From: Vicinamibacterales bacterium
GTDB lineage: Bacteria > Acidobacteriota > Vicinamibacteria > Vicinamibacterales > G965250185
Length of the DNA stretch: 64,000 nt
Direction of reading: 5' to 3'
Assembly: GCA_965250185.1 (NCBI GenBank)
Contig: OZ252293.1
Coordinates: forward strand, 2,247,862-2,311,861
The notes below the pieces were generated by a model. That model saw only the letters and a program-made list of their open reading frames with translations. It was not told where the DNA came from and ran no database searches. Shown here piece after piece: positions 1 to 9,114 of this stretch. Numbering within the stretch: position 1 is the first letter of the stretch; every line of letters begins with the position of its first letter. A program made the position numbers and the translations under genes.

Positions 1-746
1 ATTGAAGACGTTCGCGGCCCCCAGCACCTGGTGGGTTCGAAAGGCCGTGTCGAAGCCTGGATCGATGCTGGCCGTATCGATCCCGACGCCGGCAACGCCG
101 CGCTCGACGAGCAGGCTCGCGGCGTCCGGCGAGACGCCGGGGAAGCGCAGCGTGTCGACGTCCATCGGTGTCTCGCTCCCGTAGTACCGCTCCCAGTCGG
201 GCCAGCGCGCGGACCAGCCGGTCCGGACGATGACATGGCCGATTGCGGGGTCGTGCCGTGCGCAGCTTCCCAGGCGGTGACGTCGTCTGTCAGGAGCACG
301 GCATCGGGGTCGTCGGCGGCTCGCACCGAGATGTCGATCACCATGCCCGGACCGACCAGCCGCTCGACGGGGATGTCGGCGGCCGTCCAGCCGTGCTCGG
401 CAAAGTGGATCGGCGCATCGAGATGCGTGCCGAGGTGCTCGGGCGTGCTGAACGCGCCCGAGGCGTACCAGTAGCCGCCGTCGCCGACGCCCCAGGACAG
501 TCGCTCGTGCGCGAACGGCTCACCCGTCGGCCAGTAGAGGCTGTCGGGACTCAACGGATGGGTCAGGTCGACGAGTCGGGTGGCTGCGCCGGATCCCAGC
601 GCGGCCAGGAGGCCGGCACTCGTGGACGGGGTCGTCGCGGACGGTCCGGGCGGGGGGGCGTCGTTTCTCGGTTCGCCGCCGCAGGCCGCCACGCCTGCCA
701 GCGTGCCGCCAACGAGAAGCCGGATGACCCACGGGCGTCTTCGCAT
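1..746 (-). CDS. cyclase family protein (kynurenine formamidase-like) with lipoprotein signal; runs off the left edge; reading frame broken near 247-258
   Basis: ATG at 746. N-terminus MRRRPWVIRLLVGGTLAGVAAC is a lipobox. HLGTHLDAPIHF is the cyclase-family metal motif. After ...TAWEAAHGT the family-typical HVIVRTGWSARW...FPGVSPDAASLLVERGVAGVGIDTASID continues in the -1 frame. Absent from the ORF track because no in-window stop. Confidence 0.7.
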   Translation of the reverse strand, partial: MRRRPWVIRLLVGGTLAGVAACGGEPRNDAPPPGPSATTPSTSAGLLAALGSGAATRLVDLTHPLSPDSLYWPTGEPFAHERLSWGVGDGGYWYASGAFSTPEHLGTHLDAPIHFAEHGWTAADIPVERLVGPGMVIDISVRAADDPDAVLLTDDVTAWEAAHGTTPQSAMSSSGPAGPRAGPTGSGTTGARHRWTSTRCASPASRRTPRACSSSAALPASGSIRPASIQASTRPFEPTRCWGPRTSS

Positions 747-793
747 GACCCCTCCTGGCGGCGGCGTCCGGGACGCCGATCGGCGTCGACGAA

Positions 794-2029
794 CTACCGC
801 GCGCGTCGCTCGAGCAAGAACGATAGGAGGTCAGCGACCTCGCCTGGCTCGAACTGCGGCAGCGCTGTGTTGCGCTCGCGTGCTGTTGCTTGCATGGTGG
901 CCGCGTGGTTCCACATGTCGGCCACGATGGCGATCGGGTCGTCCAGATTGGCGACCGAGGTCAGGTCTGGCCCCACCTCGACGCGTCCCATCGCATGGCA
1001 GGCGGAGCACTTCTCGACGAACAGCACGGCGCCGCGCACCGGATCGCCCTCGACGCTGGTATAGCTGATCAAGTAGAGGTAGGCGAGCAGGTCTGTCAGT
1101 TCGCTGTTTCGGAACGTCGGGTGGGAGAGGTTGCGGCGGTCGAACTCGGGCCTCATGCCGGCGGTGTGATTCCACAGGCTCCCAGCGATTTCGGCGACGG
1201 AGCGTACGCGTACCAGCGGCTCCGCCAGATCCGGGCCACCCGTTCCGCCGCGACCCGCGACCGTGTGACAGGCGATGCATCCTTTCGTGGCGAACAGCGC
1301 CTCGCCCTCGCTCGGGCTCCCCGGCTCGAAGCCGGACGGATCCGGGCCGGCGAGCGAGAGCCCGACCTGCAGGTACGCCGTCAGGTCGGTCATCTCCCGG
1401 TCGGCGAACATCGGCCACGGGACATCTCGAGCGTCCATGGCGGCTGCCATTTCCGGCGAGTGATTCCACATCGACTGCGCGAATGCCTCCGGCGACTGGC
1501 CACGGAGCGCTTGGAGGTCGGGGCCCGGCGTGGTCGACGCCTCGGGGCCCTCGTGGCACGCCGCGCAGCCTTTCGAGACGAACACGTTCCGACCCAGCGC
1601 GGGGTTGGACCGCTCGCTGAGCTGCCGGCTGTAACGCTGGAATGCAGTCAGCCAGGCGACCAGGTTCGCCATCTCGCCGCGTGCCATGGAGGGGCGCTCG
1701 ATGCCGAGCTCGAGCATGCGCTCGGCCATCGTTGGGGCGTGATTCCACATCGCGCCCGCCAGGTCGAGCACCGACCCCTCGAGCCGGAGAGCGCCAAGGT
1801 TGGGTCCAATTCCGGAGCCGCCACGACCCACCGCATGACACCGGGCGCAGCTCTTGTCCCTGAACAGGGCCGCCCCCGCCGAGGCGTCATCCGGAATGGC
1901 GACGGCCAGCGGGATGCGCTGGCTCTGGGCGTGAACTGGTGCGGCCAACATGGCCCCCAGCGTGGTCGCGCAGGCGGTCGCCAGGATCGCCGTGATCGCT
2001 GTTCGACTCGGCGTCGGCACGAATCTCAT
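794..2029 (-). CDS. four-domain c-type cytochrome (4 CxxCH)
   Basis: Four haem motifs (CARCH, CAACH, CIACH, CSACH), each about 100 aa apart and each followed by MWNH. Start taken at MRFVPT (signal peptide ...APVHAQ) with GGGAGA 6 nt upstream rather than the ORF-track start at 2083. Confidence 0.85.
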   Translation of the reverse strand: MRFVPTPSRTAITAILATACATTLGAMLAAPVHAQSQRIPLAVAIPDDASAGAALFRDKSCARCHAVGRGGSGIGPNLGALRLEGSVLDLAGAMWNHAPTMAERMLELGIERPSMARGEMANLVAWLTAFQRYSRQLSERSNPALGRNVFVSKGCAACHEGPEASTTPGPDLQALRGQSPEAFAQSMWNHSPEMAAAMDARDVPWPMFADREMTDLTAYLQVGLSLAGPDPSGFEPGSPSEGEALFATKGCIACHTVAGRGGTGGPDLAEPLVRVRSVAEIAGSLWNHTAGMRPEFDRRNLSHPTFRNSELTDLLAYLYLISYTSVEGDPVRGAVLFVEKCSACHAMGRVEVGPDLTSVANLDDPIAIVADMWNHAATMQATARERNTALPQFEPGEVADLLSFLLERRAR

Positions 2030-2293
2030 GCCTGATCTCCCAGGGGGGTGGTCGAGTACGAGTGTAGCAGGAATGGCTGGCAATGGGTGGATGGTGGGAC
2101 CACGAAATCAACGGCCACACACGACTCGTATCTGAGCGCTTTCATCGGGTCGACGCCGGTCGCGCGGGAAGGTAGCTACACGTCATGGAGAAGCTTCATT
2201 GACATACTGGAAAAACGGCATGTCGATACCGAGGAGATTGGTGGTGGAGGGCAGCGTTCGGCGACCATTCATGACTACAATGATGCACTCGTC

Positions 2294-3808
2294 ATGAGAC
2301 CCGCGCGATGCGTAATGGTCGTCGTCTCCTTGCTGGCCGCCGGATGCGCTGGCCAACCGCCGGCGCCGCCGCCTGCGACCGATCAATCCCCTGAGGCTCT
2401 CTCCGATCTCGCGCCGCCCATCGACACCGGAACCTCCGGACTCGACTGGCTTGCAGCGAACGGGGACTACGTCACTCAGGTTGCCGACGCGCTCTGGGAC
2501 CGTCCCGAGTCGGCGCATCATGAGTACGCCACGTCCGATTTGCTCGTGACCGAGCTCGAGCGCGCCGGCTTCGAGGTCGATCGCGGCCTCGCCGATTTGC
2601 CGACGAGTTTCGTGGCGTCGTACGGTTCGGGGCGACCCGTCATCGGGATCGTGGCGCTGCTCGACGCGCTACCCGGACTGTCGCAAGCCGCGATGTCCGA
2701 CGTGCGAGAGCCCGTCGTGGACGGGGCAGCGGGCCACGGTTGTGGGCACCATTTGATCTGCGCGGCCGACGTCGGCGCCGCGATGGCGATCCAGCGGGAG
2801 CTTCGAGGACGATCGCTGCCAGGCACGATCGTGCTCGTCGGTGCGCCGGCCGAGGAGATCTATCACGGCGGTGTCTACATGGTGAGGGCCGGCGTCTTCG
2901 ACGATATGGACGCCGTGCTGTTCTGGCACCCCTCGGCGGTGACGCTGGCGATCGGACAGAGTGGCCTCGCCATGACCTCGGTGCGGTACCGGTTCACCGG
3001 CCGGCCGTCAGACGCCACGGATGCGGCCCCCCTCGGCATCAACGCCCTCACCAGCACGGAACGCCTCGTTCACGACGTCGCGCAGATGCGACTCCCCGAT
3101 GATGCCGTGGTCAATCACGTCGTGACACGCGGCGGACGGGTGCCGTCGGTCGTTCCGGAAACGGCAGAGGCGTGGTACTTCGTGCATGCGCCAGACCGCG
3201 ACCAGGTGGACGCGATCGAACAACGCATCGAGGAAGCGGCCCGCCGTGCCGCGACGTCGACCGGTGCGACGCTCGACGTACAGTTCCTGTCCGGAACGCG
3301 GCACTGGTTGATCAACGAGCGGCTCACAGAGCTACTGCATCGATTCCTGGCGTCCGGCGAGCCGGCGAACCGTTCGGCACTGGAGCTGGAGACGGCGCGC
3401 CGAATGCAGCGGAGTTTCGACCGGCCCGGGCTCGATCCGTTCGTCGAGGGTGTGATTCCGCTGACCGTGGACGATGACTCGGTGCCGATCAGCGACGACA
3501 CGGCAGAAGCGAGCTGGGTCGCGCCGCGTGGCGGGTTCCTCGTGGCGTCGTATCCCGCCGGCATCGCCTCCCATACGTGGCAGTGGACCGCGCTGGGGAC
3601 CTCCAGCATCGCGCATGCGGGCATGCTGCGCGCGGCCCGAACGTTGATCGCGACGGCGATGGAGCTCCTGACCAACCCGACCGAGCTGGCCCTGGTCCGG
3701 CAGGAGTTCGAGACGGCGACCGGGGGACGATCGTATGAATCCCCGATTCCCGGCAACCAAGGGCCATTCGAGTACCTGTCGAGGCCCGAGCGGCGCGTCG
3801 CGCCGTGA
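2294..3808 (+). CDS. M20 family amidohydrolase/peptidase (AbgB-like), lipoprotein
   Basis: HGCGHHL metal-binding motif and overall M20/AbgB-like sequence. Start at MRPARCVMVVVSLLAAGC (lipobox, ATG 2294), inside the longer ORF 2048..3808. Confidence 0.85.
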   Translation: MRPARCVMVVVSLLAAGCAGQPPAPPPATDQSPEALSDLAPPIDTGTSGLDWLAANGDYVTQVADALWDRPESAHHEYATSDLLVTELERAGFEVDRGLADLPTSFVASYGSGRPVIGIVALLDALPGLSQAAMSDVREPVVDGAAGHGCGHHLICAADVGAAMAIQRELRGRSLPGTIVLVGAPAEEIYHGGVYMVRAGVFDDMDAVLFWHPSAVTLAIGQSGLAMTSVRYRFTGRPSDATDAAPLGINALTSTERLVHDVAQMRLPDDAVVNHVVTRGGRVPSVVPETAEAWYFVHAPDRDQVDAIEQRIEEAARRAATSTGATLDVQFLSGTRHWLINERLTELLHRFLASGEPANRSALELETARRMQRSFDRPGLDPFVEGVIPLTVDDDSVPISDDTAEASWVAPRGGFLVASYPAGIASHTWQWTALGTSSIAHAGMLRAARTLIATAMELLTNPTELALVRQEFETATGGRSYESPIPGNQGPFEYLSRPERRVAP

Positions 3809-3917
3809 CGGGAATCCGGTGGTTCGCGTTGTCGTCGCGACCCGGCCGCGACCCGGCTCAGGAGCGTTCCTGGCCCGCGCCTGATACAATCTGGCATCCT
3901 GAATCGGAGGTGATTGA

Positions 3918-4031
3918 ATGAACCCGTGGATCGCGATGATCGCTTCACTCGTCTTTCTGGCCGTTCTGCACCTCGGTGGCACCATGCTGGTTCTGTGGTT
4001 GGCCGGCGCGCGACGCAAGACGGGCCACTAG
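3918..4031 (+). CDS. small hydrophobic protein (37 aa)
   Basis: GGAGG 7 nt upstream of the ATG. MNPWIAMIASLVFLAVLHLGGTMLVLWLAGARRKTGH has one predicted TM helix. Too short for the ORF track. Confidence 0.4.
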   Translation: MNPWIAMIASLVFLAVLHLGGTMLVLWLAGARRKTGH

Positions 4032-4043
4032 TGGACTAGCCCC

Positions 4044-4277
4044 ATGCTCCTGATCCAAATCATCGACCTCTACTCCCTCGTCGTCCTCGTGGCTGTCGTG
4101 GCCTCCTGGATGCAGCTGGCGCCCGATCACCCCGTGACTCGCGTCGTGAGCACCCTGACCGACCCCGTGCTGCGGCCCCTTCGACAGGTCGTGCCACCGA
4201 TCGGCGGGCTGGATTTCTCTCCGATGATCCTGCTGTTCGGTTTGCAGTTGCTGAAGGGGATGCTGTTGGGAGGGTGA
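4044..4277 (+). CDS. YggT family membrane protein
   Basis: 77 aa, two hydrophobic segments, central ...TDPVLRPLRQVVPPIGGLDFSPMI... typical of YggT. Confidence 0.8.
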   Translation: MLLIQIIDLYSLVVLVAVVASWMQLAPDHPVTRVVSTLTDPVLRPLRQVVPPIGGLDFSPMILLFGLQLLKGMLLGG

Positions 4278-4321
4278 GAGCCGTTTGGTGGGTGGTGCTC
4301 GAGGGGAGTGCGTTGGTGGGG

Positions 4322-5803
4322 ATGCGTTGGTGGGGAGTGATAGTCACGAGAGTCCTTAGCCGCTGCCTTGCCGCCTGTCTGATCGTCGGTCTCTCGGTGA
4401 CCGGGCGTGCCGAGGCGCAGTCGACCGCTCTGGGTCCGGCCAAGACTGCGGCCCTCGAGTGGATCGATTCTCAGGCCGACACGCTCCGTCGCATCAATCG
4501 GAACATCTGGTCCTACGCGGAGCCTGGGCTCGAGGAGACGAGGTCAGCCCAGGAGTTGATGGACCTGCTGGAGGCGCACGGCTTCACCGTCGAGGCGGGC
4601 GTCGCCGGTATGCCCACCGCCTTCGTGGCGTCCTATGGCTCGGGCGCGCCCGTGGTCGGCATCCTCGCCGAGTACGACGCGCTACCCGGCCTTTCGCAGG
4701 ATGCCGTGCCCGTGCGCCAGGAGCGTCCGGACGTGGATGCGGGACATGGGTGCGGCCACAGCATTTTCGGAACCGCCAGCACGGCCGCCGCGATCGGTGT
4801 GAAGCAGGCCATCGAGTCCGGGGCGACATCCGGCACGATTCGGCTCTACGGCACGCCCGCCGAGGAGACCGGCATCGGCAAGACCTACATGCTGCGCGCC
4901 GGGTTGTTCGAGGACTGCGACATCATCCTTGCCTGGCACGCGAGCGACCGGACAGCCGCGGCGTTCAGTTACTCCAAGGCCAACGTCTCCGTGAAATTCC
5001 GCTTTGCGGGCCTGCCGGCCCACGCGTCCACGTCACCACACGACGGCCGGAGCGCGCTGGATGCCGTCGAGTTGATGAGCGTCGGGGTGAACTATATGCG
5101 CGAGCACATCAAGGAGGACGCGCGCATCCACTACGTCGTCACGAACGGCGGAGGGCAGCCGAACGTCGTGCCGCCGGAGACCGAGGTCTGGTACTACATT
5201 CGAGCTGACAAGCACGCGGACGTCGAGGAATACTACGCGTGGGTGAACGAGATCGCTCGCGCCGCGGCGGCCATGTCCCGAACGACGCTGTCGAGCGTGC
5301 AGGTCGATGCTGACATGCACGAGGTGCTGCCGAATCGCGCGCTGTCGGAGGCGATCCATCGCAATCTCGAGATGGTCGGTCCGCCGGAGTTCACCGACGA
5401 GGAGAAGGCATTCGCCCGCACGACGCAGGGGCCGCTCGGACGGACGCTCGATCGCGCACTCTCAGAGGCCATCGAGCCGCTGCCGGACGAGCCGAGCCAG
5501 GGCGCGGCCTCGACAGACATCGGCGACATCAGCTGGTTTCTTCCCACGAGCCAGTTGCGCGCGGCGAGCTACACGTTCGGAGCCCCCGGGCACAGTTGGC
5601 AGGTCGTGGCATGTACGGGTGGCACGATCGGGGAGAAGGGCATGATGGTGGCGGCCAAGGCACTGGCTGGCACGGTCGTCGACCTGATGGAGTCGACAGA
5701 CCTCGTCGAACGGGCCCGCGCCGACTTCGAGGCGATCCGCGAACCGCTTGAGTACGTCACGCTGATTCCCGAAGGCCAGGTGGCTCCGGCCACGATCCGC
5801 TGA
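4322..5803 (+). CDS. M20 family amidohydrolase/peptidase (AbgB-like), secreted; paralog of 2294..3808
   Basis: HGCGHSIF motif, collinear similarity to the upstream M20 gene, signal peptide MRWWGVIVTRVLSRCLAACLIVGLSVTGRAEA from ATG 4322. Confidence 0.85.
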   Translation: MRWWGVIVTRVLSRCLAACLIVGLSVTGRAEAQSTALGPAKTAALEWIDSQADTLRRINRNIWSYAEPGLEETRSAQELMDLLEAHGFTVEAGVAGMPTAFVASYGSGAPVVGILAEYDALPGLSQDAVPVRQERPDVDAGHGCGHSIFGTASTAAAIGVKQAIESGATSGTIRLYGTPAEETGIGKTYMLRAGLFEDCDIILAWHASDRTAAAFSYSKANVSVKFRFAGLPAHASTSPHDGRSALDAVELMSVGVNYMREHIKEDARIHYVVTNGGGQPNVVPPETEVWYYIRADKHADVEEYYAWVNEIARAAAAMSRTTLSSVQVDADMHEVLPNRALSEAIHRNLEMVGPPEFTDEEKAFARTTQGPLGRTLDRALSEAIEPLPDEPSQGAASTDIGDISWFLPTSQLRAASYTFGAPGHSWQVVACTGGTIGEKGMMVAAKALAGTVVDLMESTDLVERARADFEAIREPLEYVTLIPEGQVAPATIR

Positions 5804-5850
5804 CACAGGGCACACGCACAGGGGTCAGCGCCAAACGCCCAAAACGACCA

Positions 5851-5910
5851 CCCACCACTCACGACCCACCATTCACCATTCACCATTCACCATTCACCAT
5901 TCACCATCCC
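5851..5910. repeat. C/A-rich tandem array ending in (CACCATT)x5, directly abutting the ATG at 5911
   Basis: cccaccactcacgacccaccattcaccattcaccattcaccattcaccattcaccatccc, read directly. Confidence 0.9.
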
Positions 5911-7089
5911 ATGCCCCGCTCTCCCGGCCCGTCGACGCGCTCGGTCCATCTGGGTCGCACGATCGATCCGGCGACGCGGTCGATCGTCTCGCCGCTGGTC
6001 GACAACGTGGCGTTCGGGTTTCCGGATCTCGAGAGCTGGCGGGCGGTCGCCCAGGGCGAGACAGCTGGCGACATCTACAGCCGGAACTCGAACCCTACGA
6101 CGCGCCTCTTCGAACAGAAGGTCGCCGCGCTCGAGGGCGCGGAGGCGGCCACGAGCTTCGCGACCGGGATGGCCGCCATCAGCACGACGCTCCTGGCATT
6201 GCTGGATCCCTCACATCGGGCGGTGACGATTCGGGACGCGTACGGCGCGACGTACTTGCTGTTCACCGAGATTCTGCCTCGCTTCGGCATCGGCTGCCAG
6301 GTGTGCGACACGGCCGACCCGGATGGCTTCGAGCGTGAGATTCGTGCCGGGGCGGACCTGGTCTACCTGGAGTCGCCGACGAATCCGACGCTTGCCGTCA
6401 CCGACCTGGCGCGCATGATCGCCGCCGCGCACGACGCCGGGGCGATCGCGGTCGTCGACAATACGTTCGCCACGCCAATCAACCAGACGCCGGTCGCGCT
6501 CGGCGCCGATCTCGTCATCCACAGTGCCACGAAGTTCCTCGGTGGACACGGGGACGCCATGGGCGGGGTGGTGTGTGGTCGGCAGGATCTCGTCGACAGG
6601 GTCTATCGGTTTCGCGAGCTGATTGGGCCGTCGCTCGATCCCCACGCCGCGCACCTGCTGGTTCGGAGCCTCAAGACGCTGGGGCTGCGAATCGAGCGGC
6701 AGAACGCGAACGCTCTGGTGCTCGCGCGACACCTCGAAGGGCGGCCGGGCGTATCGCGGGTGTTCTACCCTGGACTCGCGAGCCACCCTGGGCATGCGGT
6801 TGCGTGCCGCCAGATGACGGGGTTCGGCGGAGTTCTCAGCTTTGAGTTGGACGGCGGCCTCGATGCGGTCGCACGCATGCTGCCTCGCCTTCGCTATGCC
6901 TGCCTCGCCGCCAACCTCGGGCAGGTCGAGACCGTCGCCGGCCCGCCCGCGCTCACTAGCCATGTGGAACTCACGCCGGCCGAGCGAGCGGCGGCCGGGA
7001 TTCCGGAAGGCTTGATACGGTACGCGGTCGGAATCGAGGACGTGGAGGACTTGCAGGACGATCTCGACGCGGCACTCGCGCTCGGGTGA
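5911..7089 (+). CDS. Cys/Met-metabolism PLP-dependent enzyme (cystathionine gamma-synthase/lyase family)
   Basis: YSRNSNPT, ESPTNPTL and HSATKFLGGHGD (PLP lysine) motifs. 392 aa. Confidence 0.9.
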   Translation: MPRSPGPSTRSVHLGRTIDPATRSIVSPLVDNVAFGFPDLESWRAVAQGETAGDIYSRNSNPTTRLFEQKVAALEGAEAATSFATGMAAISTTLLALLDPSHRAVTIRDAYGATYLLFTEILPRFGIGCQVCDTADPDGFEREIRAGADLVYLESPTNPTLAVTDLARMIAAAHDAGAIAVVDNTFATPINQTPVALGADLVIHSATKFLGGHGDAMGGVVCGRQDLVDRVYRFRELIGPSLDPHAAHLLVRSLKTLGLRIERQNANALVLARHLEGRPGVSRVFYPGLASHPGHAVACRQMTGFGGVLSFELDGGLDAVARMLPRLRYACLAANLGQVETVAGPPALTSHVELTPAERAAAGIPEGLIRYAVGIEDVEDLQDDLDAALALG

Positions 7090-7116
7090 GGCCGGCTGGC
7101 GCCGACCAGAACGCGC

Positions 7117-7374
7117 TCACTCTTCGACCGCGGCCTCCGCCTCCTCCTTGGCTCGTCGCTCTTCTTCTTCCTTCATCTCGATCTGCCAGTCTGCCAGCGG
7201 TTGCGGCCCCGCGACGACGTCCGCGATATCGCGATCGACTCCGGCGGCCCCAGGCGGCGCATTCTCCCGCCGAACCTTGGATTCCTCCCGACGGACGGTC
7301 TTGTCCTTTTGACGCTGCTGACGTTCTCGCTCACGCTGCCGCTTCTGCAGCGTGGGTCGTGCTCGATTTGCCAT
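7117..7374 (-). CDS. small highly charged protein (85 aa), co-oriented downstream of the RRM gene
   Basis: GAAAGGAG 8 nt upstream of the ATG at 7374. Basic N-terminal half (QKRQRERERQQRQKDK), acidic C-terminus (EEEERRAKEEAEAAVEE). No family recognised. Confidence 0.6.
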   Translation of the reverse strand: MANRARPTLQKRQRERERQQRQKDKTVRREESKVRRENAPPGAAGVDRDIADVVAGPQPLADWQIEMKEEEERRAKEEAEAAVEE

Positions 7375-7407
7375 TCGGCAGGCTCCTTTCGACCGGCTCG
7401 AGGCCGA

Positions 7408-8038
7408 TCATGCGCTGTCGTCGTCCGTGCCGCTCTTGTCACCAGCGGCGGCCGTGTCGACAGGCTTATCCACGTCGCCAGTGCCACCCGTGTCGACCTC
7501 GTTTTCGGCGACCTCGTCGTCGTCGGTCTCGGGCGCGCTCGTGGCGAAGTTATCGAAGTCGAGTTCGACGTCCGTGGCGTCCTGGTCCTCGTCTGCGTAG
7601 AATCGACCCGTGGTCCGGACCTTAATCGGCCCCTTCGGTGCGGCCCGTTCGGCCTTGCCACCCCGGCGTGCTGGCGGGGGTGGGGCTCGCATGCGCCGCG
7701 GTCCGTCGCCAGGGCTCCTGTCGGGGCCACGCGGGCCCGAACCGCCGTCCGGCGGACGCCCGCCCATGGGTGGCCGTTCCTCGCGGGGACGGGCCTCCCG
7801 AACGGCGAGGGGGCGACTCCTGAACGGCTGGGAGTCGAAGGCTCGGACCACCGCCTTGGCGACCTCCGGATCTTCGAAGTCCACGAAGGCAAAGCCTCGT
7901 GGCCGGCTGGTCATCCGGTCGAGCGGAATCGCGACCCGCGAGGCTACGCCGGTCGGCGCGAAGTGCGCTTTGATGTCGGCTTCCGTTGCGTCATACGGCA
8001 GGTTCCCCACGAACAGTCGGACTGACAATGCTCTCCTC
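7408..8038 (-). CDS. RRM-domain RNA-binding protein with long disordered tail
   Basis: RNP-2 LFVGNL and RNP-1 RGFAFVDF. Start placed at TTG 8038 (MSVRLFVGNL) because GAGAGGAGAG lies immediately upstream. The ORF track's GTG 8064 is the alternative. Confidence 0.85.
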
Positions 8039-8147
8039 TCTTGCAGTGGCGGGCCTTGAGACACCGGCTCGCAGAACCGATAATGTTATCAAACTCGAAC
8101 GAGTTTTGGGCCCTCGGGCGATCCGGATCGAGACGCCCACGTGCTTT

Positions 8148-8951
8148 TCACTGCGCGGCTTCAGGCGTATGGTCCTGGGGCAGCGATGGATGCCGTCGCC
8201 CAATGAAGTAATGGTATGCGTATCCGCCGAGTACTCCGCCGATGGTCGGACCCACGATCGGGACCCACCACCAGTGGTTGGCGGCTCGAAACACGTCCCC
8301 ACCCCAACCCGCCAGCGCCGTGAAGAGTCGGGGACCGAAATCGCGCGCCGGGTTGATGGCGTAGCCCGCGTTGTACCCGAACGTCATGCCGATGAGCAGC
8401 ACGACCGCGCCGACCAGGACGGGAGTGACTCGGGGGTCGGGGGCGTTGTTCCGCTCGTCGGTGAGCGCGAAGATGCACCCCACCAGTAGAGCCGTACCCA
8501 CGATCTGGTCGATCAGGCCGCCCGGGACGTTGCTCAGGTACGGCTGGGGGTACGTCGCCCAGATCCCCGCCGTCGCCAGCTCGCCGGTCACGCGGCGAAT
8601 GCCGCCGTCGAAATGGCTGAGCGCCTCCCTGTACGTGACGAAGACCGCGACCGATGCCGCGAACGCTCCGGCGAACTGGGCTGCACAGTACGGCAGCACC
8701 TTCGACCACGGGAAGTTCCGGTGCACGGCGAGTGCGAGGGTGACGGCCGGATTCAGGTGCGCGCCAGACACGCTCCCTGCCACGTACACTCCCATCGTCA
8801 CGGCCAGGCCCCAGCCGATGTTGATCGACAGATACGTCCCGGCGGTCTGGCCGCTGAGGACGACCTGGGCGACCACCCCGACGCCGAAGATGATGAGGGT
8901 GAAGGTGCCGAGGAACTCGGCCAGTAGCTCGCGGATCTCCCGACGCTGCAT
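8148..8951 (-). CDS. glpF: MIP family channel, aquaglyceroporin type
   Basis: Two NPA boxes (GAHLNPAVT; AINPARDFGPR, the GlpF-type second box). ATG 8951 preceded by GAAGGAGG. The ORF-track extension to 9413 is an Arg/Pro-rich non-coding read-through. Confidence 0.9.
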   Translation of the reverse strand: MQRREIRELLAEFLGTFTLIIFGVGVVAQVVLSGQTAGTYLSINIGWGLAVTMGVYVAGSVSGAHLNPAVTLALAVHRNFPWSKVLPYCAAQFAGAFAASVAVFVTYREALSHFDGGIRRVTGELATAGIWATYPQPYLSNVPGGLIDQIVGTALLVGCIFALTDERNNAPDPRVTPVLVGAVVLLIGMTFGYNAGYAINPARDFGPRLFTALAGWGGDVFRAANHWWWVPIVGPTIGGVLGGYAYHYFIGRRHPSLPQDHTPEAAQ

Positions 8952-9114
8952 GCCTCTAGGGCCTCCTTCGCGAGTAGCCCGAGTGTACCCTCGATGCGAC
9001 TCCTGGGGTGCGTGTGGGCGGTAGTCTACTCGATTCGGGTCCCGGGCTTCCCACACGCCATGGGAGACTACAATTACTCGGGCGGTGCTCGAGAGTTTCA
9101 AGGAGGGTCCGCGG

